Below are positions 9,754 to 18,095 of a stretch of 64,000 nt of DNA, piece by piece. The stretch's first letter is position 1. Every line of letters begins with the position of its first letter. This DNA is from Dehalococcoidia bacterium (GTDB taxonomy: Bacteria; Chloroflexota; Dehalococcoidia; UBA2979). Both the position numbers and the translations under genes were made by a program. The stretch spans positions 2,976,001 to 3,040,000 of the forward strand of contig OZ244720.1 of the NCBI GenBank assembly GCA_965219085.1, in the 5' to 3' direction. The notes under the pieces are model-generated. The model was given only the letters and a program-made list of their open reading frames with translations. It was not told the origin of the DNA and ran no database searches.

Positions 9754-10254
9754 ATGTCTGAGGTTGAGGTCTTCTACAACGCCGGCCAACTCCGTGAGGA
9801 CGACCCGGCGAATGCCGGGATCGAGGCCCTGCCGCGGCTGACCCGCCGGCTCGCCGAAGCGGCCGCTACCTATAGCGTGGTCGACGCGGGCGAGTTGACG
9901 CAGCAGGACCGCGAGGAGGCGTACCTCAGCCGCGCTGTGCGGCCGTCGGTGAGCAATCGTTACCGGGTGCGGCGTGTTTTTGGCACGAACAAGTACCCGG
10001 GGCAGTACTTCGGAGCCGAGGTCCCGGCGCTCGTGGTGCTGGACGACGGGCGCCCCGTGGACGTGTACCCGCATGAGGAACAGGACGGCACGATCGTGAC
10101 CATTAGCGACTACCTGGACAGCCTCGGTGGCTCCGCCCGCGGCGGCGGCGAGGAACTCGTGCGCCGCATGGACGGGCTGAGTGCTCGCATCGGACGCTAC
10201 GGACGTCTGGATGTGACCACCAGCGAACTGGTCGAGGACGGGCGTCGCCGCTGA
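9754..10254 (+). CDS. Putative antitoxin: thioredoxin/glutaredoxin-like domain plus VapB-like tail
   Basis: SD GGGAG; VPALVV...DVYPH pattern, GG linker, C-terminal TTSELVEDGRRR; directly upstream of a PIN gene. Confidence 0.65.
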   Translation: MSEVEVFYNAGQLREDDPANAGIEALPRLTRRLAEAAATYSVVDAGELTQQDREEAYLSRAVRPSVSNRYRVRRVFGTNKYPGQYFGAEVPALVVLDDGRPVDVYPHEEQDGTIVTISDYLDSLGGSARGGGEELVRRMDGLSARIGRYGRLDVTTSELVEDGRRR

Positions 10255-10303
10255 TGACAGGTGGACGCCTGGCCGCGCACCCGGCAAGACTCGGCGAACC
10301 GGC

Positions 10304-10753
10304 GTGACCGCTCGTCGCGGCGTCCGGCGCTACGTGGTGGACGCGTCGGTTGCGGTGAAGTGGCTCTTCGACGACGAAGACCATGTACCGCAGGCGCGCG
10401 CGCTGCGTGACGCCTGCCTGATCGACGGCGCCGTCGAGCTGCACGCGCCGGTGCTGTTCGTCTACGAGGTGGCGAATGCGATCCGCTCCGGCGCGTGGCG
10501 GCTGCGCCTGCCGGCGGACATCGCCGAAGAGGCGCTTGCCACCCTCCTCGAAGCACCGATCGAATTGCACGCCCCCGATCCGCTCACTGCGCTCGGAATC
10601 GGCATGAGCATGACGATCAGCGCCTACGACGCTTCTTACGTGGCACTGGCTGACGAACTCGGCGTCGAGTGCTGGTCGGCCGACGAGCGGCTCGTGCGCG
10701 CTTCGGAACGGAGCGCGCCGTTCGTGCGGTCGATCAGCGAGTACGAGCGATAG
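10304..10753 (+). CDS. vapC: PIN-domain (VapC) toxin
   Basis: VVDASVAVKW, YEVANA, SAYDASYVALA, WSADERL. Confidence 0.92.
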   Translation: MTARRGVRRYVVDASVAVKWLFDDEDHVPQARALRDACLIDGAVELHAPVLFVYEVANAIRSGAWRLRLPADIAEEALATLLEAPIELHAPDPLTALGIGMSMTISAYDASYVALADELGVECWSADERLVRASERSAPFVRSISEYER

Positions 10754-10768
10754 CTGCGGCCGGAGGCG

Positions 10769-11185
10769 TCAGCGCTCCATCGTCACCTGGCCGCGCTCGA
10801 TCACGCGGTCGAGGTCGATGACGACGGCGATGCCCTGGCGGCCGGGGTCACGGTCGCGTTCGCGCTTGTCCGAGTTGTCGTAGATCGTGTCGCGCGCCTC
10901 CTGGTCGTCGACGACACGGGCGCGACCGTGGAACTGCCACATCTGCGAGAAGTCGGGGTTGCGATAGAGGAACGCGACATGCGGGTTGGCGGCGATGCGC
11001 TGCAGGAAGCCGCCCTCGCGGTTGCGCACCCATACGGCGAGCTGGTCGTCGCTGTAGACCTGCGTGCTGCCGAAGAACGCGAGGCTTGGCTGACCGTCGG
11101 CGCCGACGCTGGTGGAGATGACGGGGTGGCCGTCGTCGAGTGCGTTGTTGACGGCGGTGCGCATCTCCTCGGTGAGTTCGATCAT
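10769..11185 (-). CDS. Pyridoxamine 5'-phosphate oxidase-like (split barrel) protein
   Basis: SVGADGQPS, IAANPHVAF, QFHGRARVV; SD GAGG. Confidence 0.8.
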   Translation of the reverse strand: MIELTEEMRTAVNNALDDGHPVISTSVGADGQPSLAFFGSTQVYSDDQLAVWVRNREGGFLQRIAANPHVAFLYRNPDFSQMWQFHGRARVVDDQEARDTIYDNSDKRERDRDPGRQGIAVVIDLDRVIERGQVTMER

Positions 11186-11293
11186 CGCAGCACCTCGTTT
11201 CGGCGGGCTGTCCGTAGGACTGGGCGGGGCGGTAGGCGGACGGCGCGGTAGTCTACCGCAGACCGGGCACACGCACCTGCGGAGGGGGCCTCG

Positions 11294-12817
11294 ATGAGCG
11301 CACGCGGAGACTGGCGCGACGGATTGCCCGGCGGCGCCGGCCGCGCCTCGCTGCCCGCAATCGCGCGTGTGCAGCACGACTCGCGATTGGTCGGGCCCGG
11401 CGATCTCTTCGTGTGCGTCCCCGGCCTCCGCGTCGACGGGCACGACTTCGCCGCGGCCGCGGTGGCGGCTGGGGCGGCCGCGCTCGTCGCCGAGCCCGGC
11501 CGCGGCGAGACGCTGCGCGCGCTCGGCGTCCCGGTGGTCGAGGCGCCCTCGGCGCGGCAGGCGCTGTCGGCGATCGCGGCGGCGCACGAGGGCTACCCGT
11601 CGGAGCGGCTCACGGTCGTCGGCGTGACGGGCACGAACGGCAAGACGACGACGACGCTGCTCATCCAGGCCGCCCTGGAGGCGTACGGCGAGTCGGCGGG
11701 GCTGATCAGCACCGTCGAGACGCGCGTCGGCGACACGGCCACAGCCAACGCGACGCGCATGAGCACGCCCGAGGCGCCCGAGGTGCAGCGCCTGCTCGGC
11801 GACATGGTCGATGCCGGGAACGAGTACGCCGTGGTCGAGGCGACCTCGCACGGCCTCGCGCTCGACCGGCTTGCGGACATCGCATTCGACGTGGCCGTGC
11901 TCACGAACCTCGGCGAGGATCACCTCGACTTCCACGGCACCGTCGAGGCGTACGCCGAGGCGAAGCTGCGGCTGTTCGCCCAGCTCGACGCGCCGACGTC
12001 GAAGAGCGTCGAGCGCCGGGCCGTGTTGAACGCCGACGACCCGGCGTGGCGTCGCTTCGCCGCGGCGACGCAGGCGCCAGCGCTGACGTACGGCATCGAC
12101 GCCACCGACGCCGATGTCGTCGCCGGCCGTATCGACAACGTCGGCGACGGGTCGACGTTCGAGTTGCAGACGCCCGACTCCGCATTGCACGCGCAGGTGC
12201 GGCTGCCGGGGCGGTTCAACGTCTCGAACGCTGCCGCCGCGTTCGCGGCGTCGATCGCGTTGGGCATCGACCCGTGGCTGGCGAGCGTCGGCATCGCGCA
12301 ATGTCCGGGCGTGCCGGGGCGCTTCGAGCGAATCATGACCGCGCCGATCGGCGTCGTGGTGGACTACGCGCACACCGGCGACGCGCTGGCGGGCGCGCTG
12401 AGCCTGCTGCGAGGCCTCACCGATGGACGGCTGATCGTGGTCTTCGGCGCGGCCGGCGAGCGCCCCTCGGAGCGCCGGCGCGGGATGGGCGCGGTCGCGG
12501 CGCGGCAGGCGGACTACGCCGTGCTGACGGAGGAGGACCCGCGCTCGGAGTCGCCAGACGCGATCATCGACGAGATCGCGCGTGCGATGATCGCCTCGGG
12601 CGCCGAGGAGGGCAGCCGCTTCGAGCGTGTCCCCGATCGCCGCGAGGCGATCGCGAAGGCGATCGGGATGGCGGGGTTCGGGGACGTCGTGCTCCTCGCC
12701 GGCAAGGGCCACGAGCCGACGATCGAGCGGGCGGACGGCCCGCACCCGTGGGACGATCGCCGGGCCGCGCGCGAGGTGCTCATGGAGCGCTTCAGCGACC
12801 CCGACGAGTGGGAGTAG
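11294..12817 (+). CDS. murE: UDP-MurNAc-tripeptide synthetase
   Basis: DSRLV, GVTGTNGKTT, STPEA, EATSHGL, DHLDFHGT, PGRFE, VDYAHT, AGKGHE. Confidence 0.95.
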   Translation: MSARGDWRDGLPGGAGRASLPAIARVQHDSRLVGPGDLFVCVPGLRVDGHDFAAAAVAAGAAALVAEPGRGETLRALGVPVVEAPSARQALSAIAAAHEGYPSERLTVVGVTGTNGKTTTTLLIQAALEAYGESAGLISTVETRVGDTATANATRMSTPEAPEVQRLLGDMVDAGNEYAVVEATSHGLALDRLADIAFDVAVLTNLGEDHLDFHGTVEAYAEAKLRLFAQLDAPTSKSVERRAVLNADDPAWRRFAAATQAPALTYGIDATDADVVAGRIDNVGDGSTFELQTPDSALHAQVRLPGRFNVSNAAAAFAASIALGIDPWLASVGIAQCPGVPGRFERIMTAPIGVVVDYAHTGDALAGALSLLRGLTDGRLIVVFGAAGERPSERRRGMGAVAARQADYAVLTEEDPRSESPDAIIDEIARAMIASGAEEGSRFERVPDRREAIAKAIGMAGFGDVVLLAGKGHEPTIERADGPHPWDDRRAAREVLMERFSDPDEWE

Positions 12818-12845
12818 GTTCCGGCACGACCGGAAGGAGCGGGCG

Positions 12846-14216
12846 ATGACCACCGACGAACAGGCGATGCTCGACGAGGCGGCGATCGCGGGCCTGGTCC
12901 GCGACGACCTTGCGCACCTGATCCACCCGCAGTACTACGCACCCGACCACCAGCACCCGGTCATCTACGACCACGGCGAAGGCGTGTGGCTCACCGACGT
13001 GCGCGGGCGGCGCTACATCGACGGCCTGTCGTCGCTGTGGAACGTCGCCGTGGGGCACGGCCGCGAGGAGCTCGCGGAGGCGGCGGCGGGGCAGATCCGC
13101 AAGGCGGCGTTCGTCAACAACTACACCGGCTTCTCGAACGTACCGGCGATCCAGTTGGCCACGAAGCTCACTTCGGGCATCGCGTACGACAACCTCGAGG
13201 GCGTGTTCTTCACGAACTCGGGGTCCGAGTCGAACGAGGGGGCCGTGAAGACGGCCCGCTTCTACTGGAACCTCGTCGGGCGGCCGGAGAAGGTGAAGAT
13301 CATCGCCCGGCCGCGCGCGTACCACGGCGGCACGTTGCTGACGACGGCGATGACCGGGCTGCCGCCCTTCTGGAAGTACTTCGGCCCGCTGCCCCCCGAG
13401 GTCGTCCACACCGGGGCGCCCGAGGTGGAGTGCGACTGCGTCAAGAACGCCGACGGCGAGTGTGCGTGCTGGCTCGAGACGGCGATCGAGCGAGAGGGCG
13501 CTGAGACCGTCGCGGCGTTCATCGCCGAGCCCGTGAAGGGCGCGGGCGGAGTGTGGACGCCGGCCGACGAGTACTTCCCGAAGGTGCGCGAGATCTGCGA
13601 CCGCAACGACATCCTGTTCATCGCCGACGAGGTGATCACGGGCTACGGTCGCACCGGCCACTGGTTCGCCCTCGAACGCTGGGGGGTGGAGCCGGACATC
13701 TTGACGATGGCGAAGGCGATCACCTCGGGCTACATCCCGCTGGGCGGGTTCCTCGTGAGCGGCGCGATCATGGAGGCGCTGCGGGAGACGCCGCCCGACG
13801 CGCGGTTCATGCACGCCTACACCAACAGCGCGCACCCGACCGCCGCAGCGGTGGCTCTGCGCAACCTGCAGATCATCGAGGACGAGGACCTGGTCGCGAA
13901 CGCCGCCGCGATGGGCGAGCGGCTGGGCCGCGGCCTCCGCGACGCGCTGGGCGAGCACCCCCACGTCGCGAACATCCGCAGCCTCGGGCTCATCGCCGGC
14001 ATGTCGCTCGTGCGCGACGCCTCGACGGGCGAGCGTTACGAGCCCGGCGAGGGCATCGGCGGGCTCGTGGCGCGGCACCTGCGCGAGGAGGGCGGCGTGG
14101 TGACGCGCTTCGTCGTCGACGAGATCGTGCTGGCGCCGCCGCTGGTGGTGTCGGAGGGCGAGGTCGACCAGATCGTCGCCTCGCTGGCCGATGCTATCGA
14201 CGCGGTGACGGCGTAG
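12846..14216 (+). CDS. Class III PLP aminotransferase
   Basis: YIDGLSSLW, SGSESNE, AYHG, IADEVITGYGRTG, MAKAITSGY. Confidence 0.93.
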   Translation: MTTDEQAMLDEAAIAGLVRDDLAHLIHPQYYAPDHQHPVIYDHGEGVWLTDVRGRRYIDGLSSLWNVAVGHGREELAEAAAGQIRKAAFVNNYTGFSNVPAIQLATKLTSGIAYDNLEGVFFTNSGSESNEGAVKTARFYWNLVGRPEKVKIIARPRAYHGGTLLTTAMTGLPPFWKYFGPLPPEVVHTGAPEVECDCVKNADGECACWLETAIEREGAETVAAFIAEPVKGAGGVWTPADEYFPKVREICDRNDILFIADEVITGYGRTGHWFALERWGVEPDILTMAKAITSGYIPLGGFLVSGAIMEALRETPPDARFMHAYTNSAHPTAAAVALRNLQIIEDEDLVANAAAMGERLGRGLRDALGEHPHVANIRSLGLIAGMSLVRDASTGERYEPGEGIGGLVARHLREEGGVVTRFVVDEIVLAPPLVVSEGEVDQIVASLADAIDAVTA

Positions 14217-14228
14217 GCCGCTCGCGGG

Positions 14229-14615
14229 TTAGCGAGTGGGAGGCATGGTCTGCACAGCGTATTGAGGGATGGTGCTGTCACTCGTCACAATCGTCAGGCC
14301 CTCAGCCTGAGCCTGCGCGATGAGCATCCGGTCGAAAGGGTCGCGGTGGATGGGCGGGAGCGCTGCGGCCTGCTCGCCGTGAAAAAGAGTGACCGGCAGG
14401 CCCGTGAAGCCATCGCGTTCAATCCTTCCGGACAGGTCTTCTGGAGCTCGGAGCTTGCCTAACGCCCGCTTGATGGCGATCTCCCAGACGGTGGCTGCGC
14501 TGACATAGCAGTCGTTGTTCGGGTCGGTGATGGCATCGCGTGAGACCGGGCCCAGGCTCGGATTGTTGCTGAGTGCCCATACCAGCACCTGGGAGTCGAG
14601 GAGCAGGCGCAGCAC
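14229..14615 (-). CDS. vapC: PIN-domain (VapC) toxin
   Basis: LLLDSQVLVW, SAATVWEIAIK, HRDPFDRMLIAQA. Confidence 0.93.
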   Translation of the reverse strand: MLRLLLDSQVLVWALSNNPSLGPVSRDAITDPNNDCYVSAATVWEIAIKRALGKLRAPEDLSGRIERDGFTGLPVTLFHGEQAAALPPIHRDPFDRMLIAQAQAEGLTIVTSDSTIPQYAVQTMPPTR

Positions 14616-14857
14616 TATGCTTCGTCGTCGTAGGCGCCCTCGAACGCTTCGATGATCTCCAGAGGAGTCTCATCGAAGTCCGGGGCGATCCATATCTGTC
14701 CCTCAAGCGAGCCCAACTTGCGTCGGCGCCGCTCACGGTATGGCTGCAGCAGGAGGTAGGGCTTGCCCGCTTTGGCGATGACAACCTCCTCTCCCTGCCA
14801 AGCCAACTCGCCCAGTCGTGAGAGCTGTGACTTTGCTTCGTGCATGTTGAACTGCAT
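14615..14857 (-). CDS. Phd/YefM-family antitoxin
   Basis: NMHEAKSQLSRL, GEEVVIAKAGKP, IWIAPDFDE; TTAGCT repeats just upstream. Confidence 0.92.
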   Translation of the reverse strand: MQFNMHEAKSQLSRLGELAWQGEEVVIAKAGKPYLLLQPYRERRRRKLGSLEGQIWIAPDFDETPLEIIEAFEGAYDDEA

Positions 14858-14913
14858 GTTGAGGCTCGTTAGCTAGGTTTAGCTTAGCCCATGGTGCGCT
14901 ACGCACAGATCTT

Positions 14914-14972
14914 CGTCAATCAGCGGCGTTCTCCCCTGCCGATTGACGCTAGCGGCCCTCCCGCCATATCGT
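14914..14972. promoter_or_regulatory. Back-to-back sigma70-type promoters
   Basis: CGTCAATC (14914-14921)/GATTGACG (14941-14948) give TTGACG on each strand; + strand -10 TATCGT 14967-14972; - strand -10 CACCAT at 17-nt spacing. Confidence 0.55.
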
Positions 14973-14999
14973 CGCGCCCAAGGAAGGAGGTGATGCCTC

Positions 15000-15071
15000 A
15001 TGGATGATGATCGTAGTCACGGCCCGGAGGGCCAATCGCATGACATCTCTAAGGAGGTGTCGGCGGGCTAA
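15000..15071 (+). CDS. 23-aa small ORF (MDDDRSHGPEGQSHDISKEVSAG) within a structured small RNA
   Basis: AAGGAGGTGAT at 14984-14994, ATG 15000, TAA 15069-15071. Confidence 0.55.
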   Translation: MDDDRSHGPEGQSHDISKEVSAG

Positions 15072-15093
15072 TTCCGGGCCCGTGTGACTTCTG

Positions 15094-15125
15094 GAGCGCC
15101 CCGGCCTGGCCGGGGCGCTCTCTTT
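15094..15125 (+). terminator. Intrinsic terminator
   Basis: GAGCGCCCCGGCC-T-GGCCGGGGCGCTC followed by TCTTT. Confidence 0.8.
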
Positions 15126-15189
15126 CCCCCGGCACCCTCCCCCTACACTGGTTCAGACACCCGATTCCCCACACGGCGAGGAGCGCCCA

Positions 15190-15975
15190 GTGCCCTTCGA
15201 CGAATCGCGCTACGAGGAGCTGCACCACGGCGGCATGATCGGCTCGCTGGTGCACTATCGCGAACGCACCGCCTCGACCATGGACGACGCGCGCGCGGGC
15301 GCCATGGCGCGCCGCGGAGAGGGCTGCGGCGACGCCTACCTCGCCGACGAGCAGACCGCGGGACGCGGCCGGTTCCGACGGCCATGGGTCGACGCGCCCG
15401 GCGCGTCCCTGCTCGTGACGTTCCACCTCTGCGTGCTCGACATGGTGTACGCCCCGCTGGTCGGGTTCGCGGGCGCGCTCGCGGCCGCGGAGGCCGTGAC
15501 GGAGGCGAGCGGCGTCGAGACCGGGTTGAAGTGGCCGAACGATGTGCTGGCGGGGGGCCGCAAGCTCGCCGGGATCCTTGCCGAGGCGCAGCCGGGTGGC
15601 GTCGAGGCCGACGTGTTCCTCGGCATCGGCATCAACATCGGCGAAGCCGCGATCGCCGGCCTGTCCGAGGCGGAGCGCGCCGTCGCGACGACCATCGAGG
15701 GCGAAGGGGCGACAGCCCCAAGCGTTGAGGAGTTGCTGGCGGCGCTGTCCGAGGCGCTCGAGCGTCGTCTCGCGGAGGTCGACGCGGAGCCGGAGCGGCT
15801 GCTCGCCGACTGGCGGGCGCGCCTCGGCATGCTCGGCTCCCGCGTGCGGCTCTCGACGACGGACGGCGAGATCGAGGGCGTGGCGACGGATGTGACGGCC
15901 GAGGGGCAACTCGTGCTCCGCCTGGACGCTGGCGACACGTTCAGCTTCGCTGCGGGCGACGTCACGGTGCTGTGA
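15190..15975 (+). CDS. birA: Biotin-[acetyl-CoA carboxylase] ligase without HTH
   Basis: STMD, QTAGRGR, LKWPND, KLAGIL, GIGIN. Confidence 0.93.
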   Translation: MPFDESRYEELHHGGMIGSLVHYRERTASTMDDARAGAMARRGEGCGDAYLADEQTAGRGRFRRPWVDAPGASLLVTFHLCVLDMVYAPLVGFAGALAAAEAVTEASGVETGLKWPNDVLAGGRKLAGILAEAQPGGVEADVFLGIGINIGEAAIAGLSEAERAVATTIEGEGATAPSVEELLAALSEALERRLAEVDAEPERLLADWRARLGMLGSRVRLSTTDGEIEGVATDVTAEGQLVLRLDAGDTFSFAAGDVTVL

Positions 15976-16253
15976 GTGTCGCGGGAAATTCTCGCGTGAC
16001 CGATCAGGAGATCCTCGCGAAGGCCGAGAGCATCGCCCGGCGAGCGTACACGTTCACGCTGACGCCGAATGAGGGCGGGGTGTGGACTTCGGGGGTGCTC
16101 GAGATTCCGGGAGTCGTGTCGGAAGGCGACGATCCAGCGGAGGCAATAACGATGGCGCGCGACGCGCTGCTTGAGTTGGCGATTGTGCGCCTCGAGGATG
16201 GGATCGAGATTCCCCCGCCGTCGGAACCTCGTGACAGCCGAGTTGATGGCTGA
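15972..16253 (+). CDS. HicB-like antitoxin domain, no HicA partner seen
   Basis: LEIPGVVSEGDDPAEAITMARDAL...GIEIPPP. Confidence 0.8.
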   Translation: MSVAGNSRVTDQEILAKAESIARRAYTFTLTPNEGGVWTSGVLEIPGVVSEGDDPAEAITMARDALLELAIVRLEDGIEIPPPSEPRDSRVDG

Positions 16254-16255
16254 GC

Positions 16256-16843
16256 GTGCTCAGGCGTCAGCGACGCGGTCGGAGGCGTAGAGGGCCGAAC
16301 GTGCGCGGCGCGCGCGGGATGCCGATCGTAGTCACGCGCGTCAGTGACGGTGACACGGTCGTTGTTCGCGAGGACCGGCGGTTCGCGCAGGAGTTTCGGG
16401 TGCGCCTGTACGGCATCGACGCGCCTGAGTCGGATCAGCCGTTCGGGCGCGAGTCTACCGAGGCACTCCGGCGAATGACGAGATCGCAGCCATTGTCGCT
16501 CGACGTCTTCGCCCACGACCAGTACGGGCGTGCGATTGGACTGCTCTACCCGCGAGGCGGCGATCCGCGTCAGTCGTTGAACGTCGCGATGGTTCGCGAG
16601 GGGTGGGCGTACTGCTACCACCGGAAGGGCCGCTACAGCCACGGACTGGACGCGGCACAGCGCCAGGCGCAGGCCGCCAGACGCGGGGTATGGTCTCGGC
16701 GAACCGAGCGGCCCTGGCGTTACCGGCGCCGCATGGCCGAGGAGCCGGCCGCGTCACAGATGTCGATCGAGTCGCGCATCTTCATCGCTGCGGCAGCGCT
16801 GCTCATCCTGGTGATCGTGATCGCGAGGGTGTTCGGCGGTTAG
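16256..16843 (+). CDS. Thermonuclease (SNase) family protein with C-terminal TM helix
   Basis: VSDGDT, RLYGIDAPE, DQYGR, MVREGWA; start may be 16319. Confidence 0.88.
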   Translation: MLRRQRRGRRRRGPNVRGARGMPIVVTRVSDGDTVVVREDRRFAQEFRVRLYGIDAPESDQPFGRESTEALRRMTRSQPLSLDVFAHDQYGRAIGLLYPRGGDPRQSLNVAMVREGWAYCYHRKGRYSHGLDAAQRQAQAARRGVWSRRTERPWRYRRRMAEEPAASQMSIESRIFIAAAALLILVIVIARVFGG

Positions 16844-16895
16844 CGGAGCGAGATCGCTTGACCCTCGGGCGGATGCCCACCTACGCTCGATTGCG

Positions 16896-16979
16896 ATGCG
16901 AACGATCGAGGTCTACGGCCGCCATGACCATATGCATCGGGTCCATCGGAACCCGTCGCGAAGCTGCGCGCATCGCTAG
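16896..16979 (+). CDS. hisL: His operon leader peptide (MRTIEVYGRHDHMHRVHRNPSRSCAHR)
   Basis: 5 His codons, all CAT; promoter TTGACC 16858-16863/TACGCT 16882-16887; followed by terminator and hisZ. Confidence 0.8.
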   Translation: MRTIEVYGRHDHMHRVHRNPSRSCAHR

Positions 16980-17003
16980 TCGTTCGGCCGATGCCAGTGG
17001 CGC

Positions 17004-17034
17004 GCCGCGACGGGATCCCGTCGCGGCCTTTTTT
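17004..17034 (+). terminator. Attenuator terminator of his operon
   Basis: Palindrome GCCGCGACGGGATCCCGTCGCGGC then CTTTTTT; 5' arm complementary to CCCGTCGCG 16952-16960. Confidence 0.88.
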
Positions 17035-17075
17035 GTGCCGCCGCCACCCCGAACGACGCCGGTACGGGACGTGAG

Positions 17076-18095
17076 ATGACCAGCGAACGCAGCGATACCG
17101 CACTCCACCACGCGCACGCGGCTCCCGCGGCCGAACTGCGCAGCCCCGGCATGCACGACCTCGGCCCGGAGGCCATGCGCCATTTCCGCGCCGTCGAGGC
17201 ACGATTCCTCGAGGTCACCGCGCGCGCCGGCTACGCGGAGATCCGCACACCGACCGTGGAGCCGCTCCACCTCTTCACCGGCGCGGGCACGCTCTCTCCG
17301 CAGATGCTGGACCGCGTCTACTCGTTCCTGGACTGGGACGGCTGGAGCGGCGAGCGCGTCGTGCTGCGGCCTGACAGCACGCTGCCCGCCGTGCGCTGGC
17401 ACGAGGAGCAGGCGAGCGGCGGGACGTCGCGGCTGTGCTACGTGCAGCCGGTCTACCGCTTCGTGCCCGGCGGCGGCCAGCGCGAGCAGTGGCAGTGCGG
17501 CGCCGAGCTGTTCGGCCTCGAGGCGCCGGACGGCGACGCCGAGCTGCTGCGGCTGGCGCTCGGCCTGCTCGACGCACTCGGCATCGAGGCCGTGCGCTTC
17601 GACCTCTCACACACCGGCCTCGTGCGCGCCGCGCTTGAGGCAACGGGGCTCGACGCCGCCACCCAGCTCGCCACGCTCGACCGCCTGCTCGACGGTGACG
17701 ACGGCGCGATCCGCGAGGTCATCTGGGCACGGCCCGAGCAGGCCGGGGCGTTGCGCGTGCTGTTTGAGATCGACGGGCACGACGCCGGATACCTTGCGAA
17801 CGTGCGCGCGGCGCTCGGCCCGGTGCCGGGTGCGGAGGCCGCAGTCACCGAGCTCGATGCGGCGGCGCGAGCCCTCGACGCGGCTGGATGTGCGTTCCGC
17901 GTGTCGGCGTCGTCGGTGCGCAACTTCGAGTACTACACGGGCGTCACGTTCCGCGCGCTCGCCGGCGACACCGAGTGCCTGCGCGGCGGGCGCTACGACG
18001 GCCTGGCCGAGACCATCGGCGGGCGCCCGGTGCCGGCCTCCGGCTTTGGTGCGGACATCGAGGTGCTGATGGCGCTCGCGGAGGGCGGCGCATGA
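17076..18095 (+). CDS. hisZ: ATP phosphoribosyltransferase regulatory subunit
   Basis: GYAEIRTPTVE, VLRPDST, QCGAEL, EYYTG, GGRYDGL; lacks HisRS anticodon domain; precedes hisG. Confidence 0.85.
   Translation: MTSERSDTALHHAHAAPAAELRSPGMHDLGPEAMRHFRAVEARFLEVTARAGYAEIRTPTVEPLHLFTGAGTLSPQMLDRVYSFLDWDGWSGERVVLRPDSTLPAVRWHEEQASGGTSRLCYVQPVYRFVPGGGQREQWQCGAELFGLEAPDGDAELLRLALGLLDALGIEAVRFDLSHTGLVRAALEATGLDAATQLATLDRLLDGDDGAIREVIWARPEQAGALRVLFEIDGHDAGYLANVRAALGPVPGAEAAVTELDAAARALDAAGCAFRVSASSVRNFEYYTGVTFRALAGDTECLRGGRYDGLAETIGGRPVPASGFGADIEVLMALAEGGA

Noticed and set aside
10769-12853. 694-aa ORF suggesting a fusion
   Set aside because: Only 10769-11185 is credible; the rest is antisense to murE
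15015-15089. 6S RNA, SRP RNA or type I toxin call for the rod hairpin
   Set aside because: About 75 nt, too short for 6S; no SRP conserved loop; peptide not hydrophobic
16860-17034. T-box riboswitch
   Set aside because: No TGGNACC T-box motif and the leader is too short; a peptide attenuator fits better
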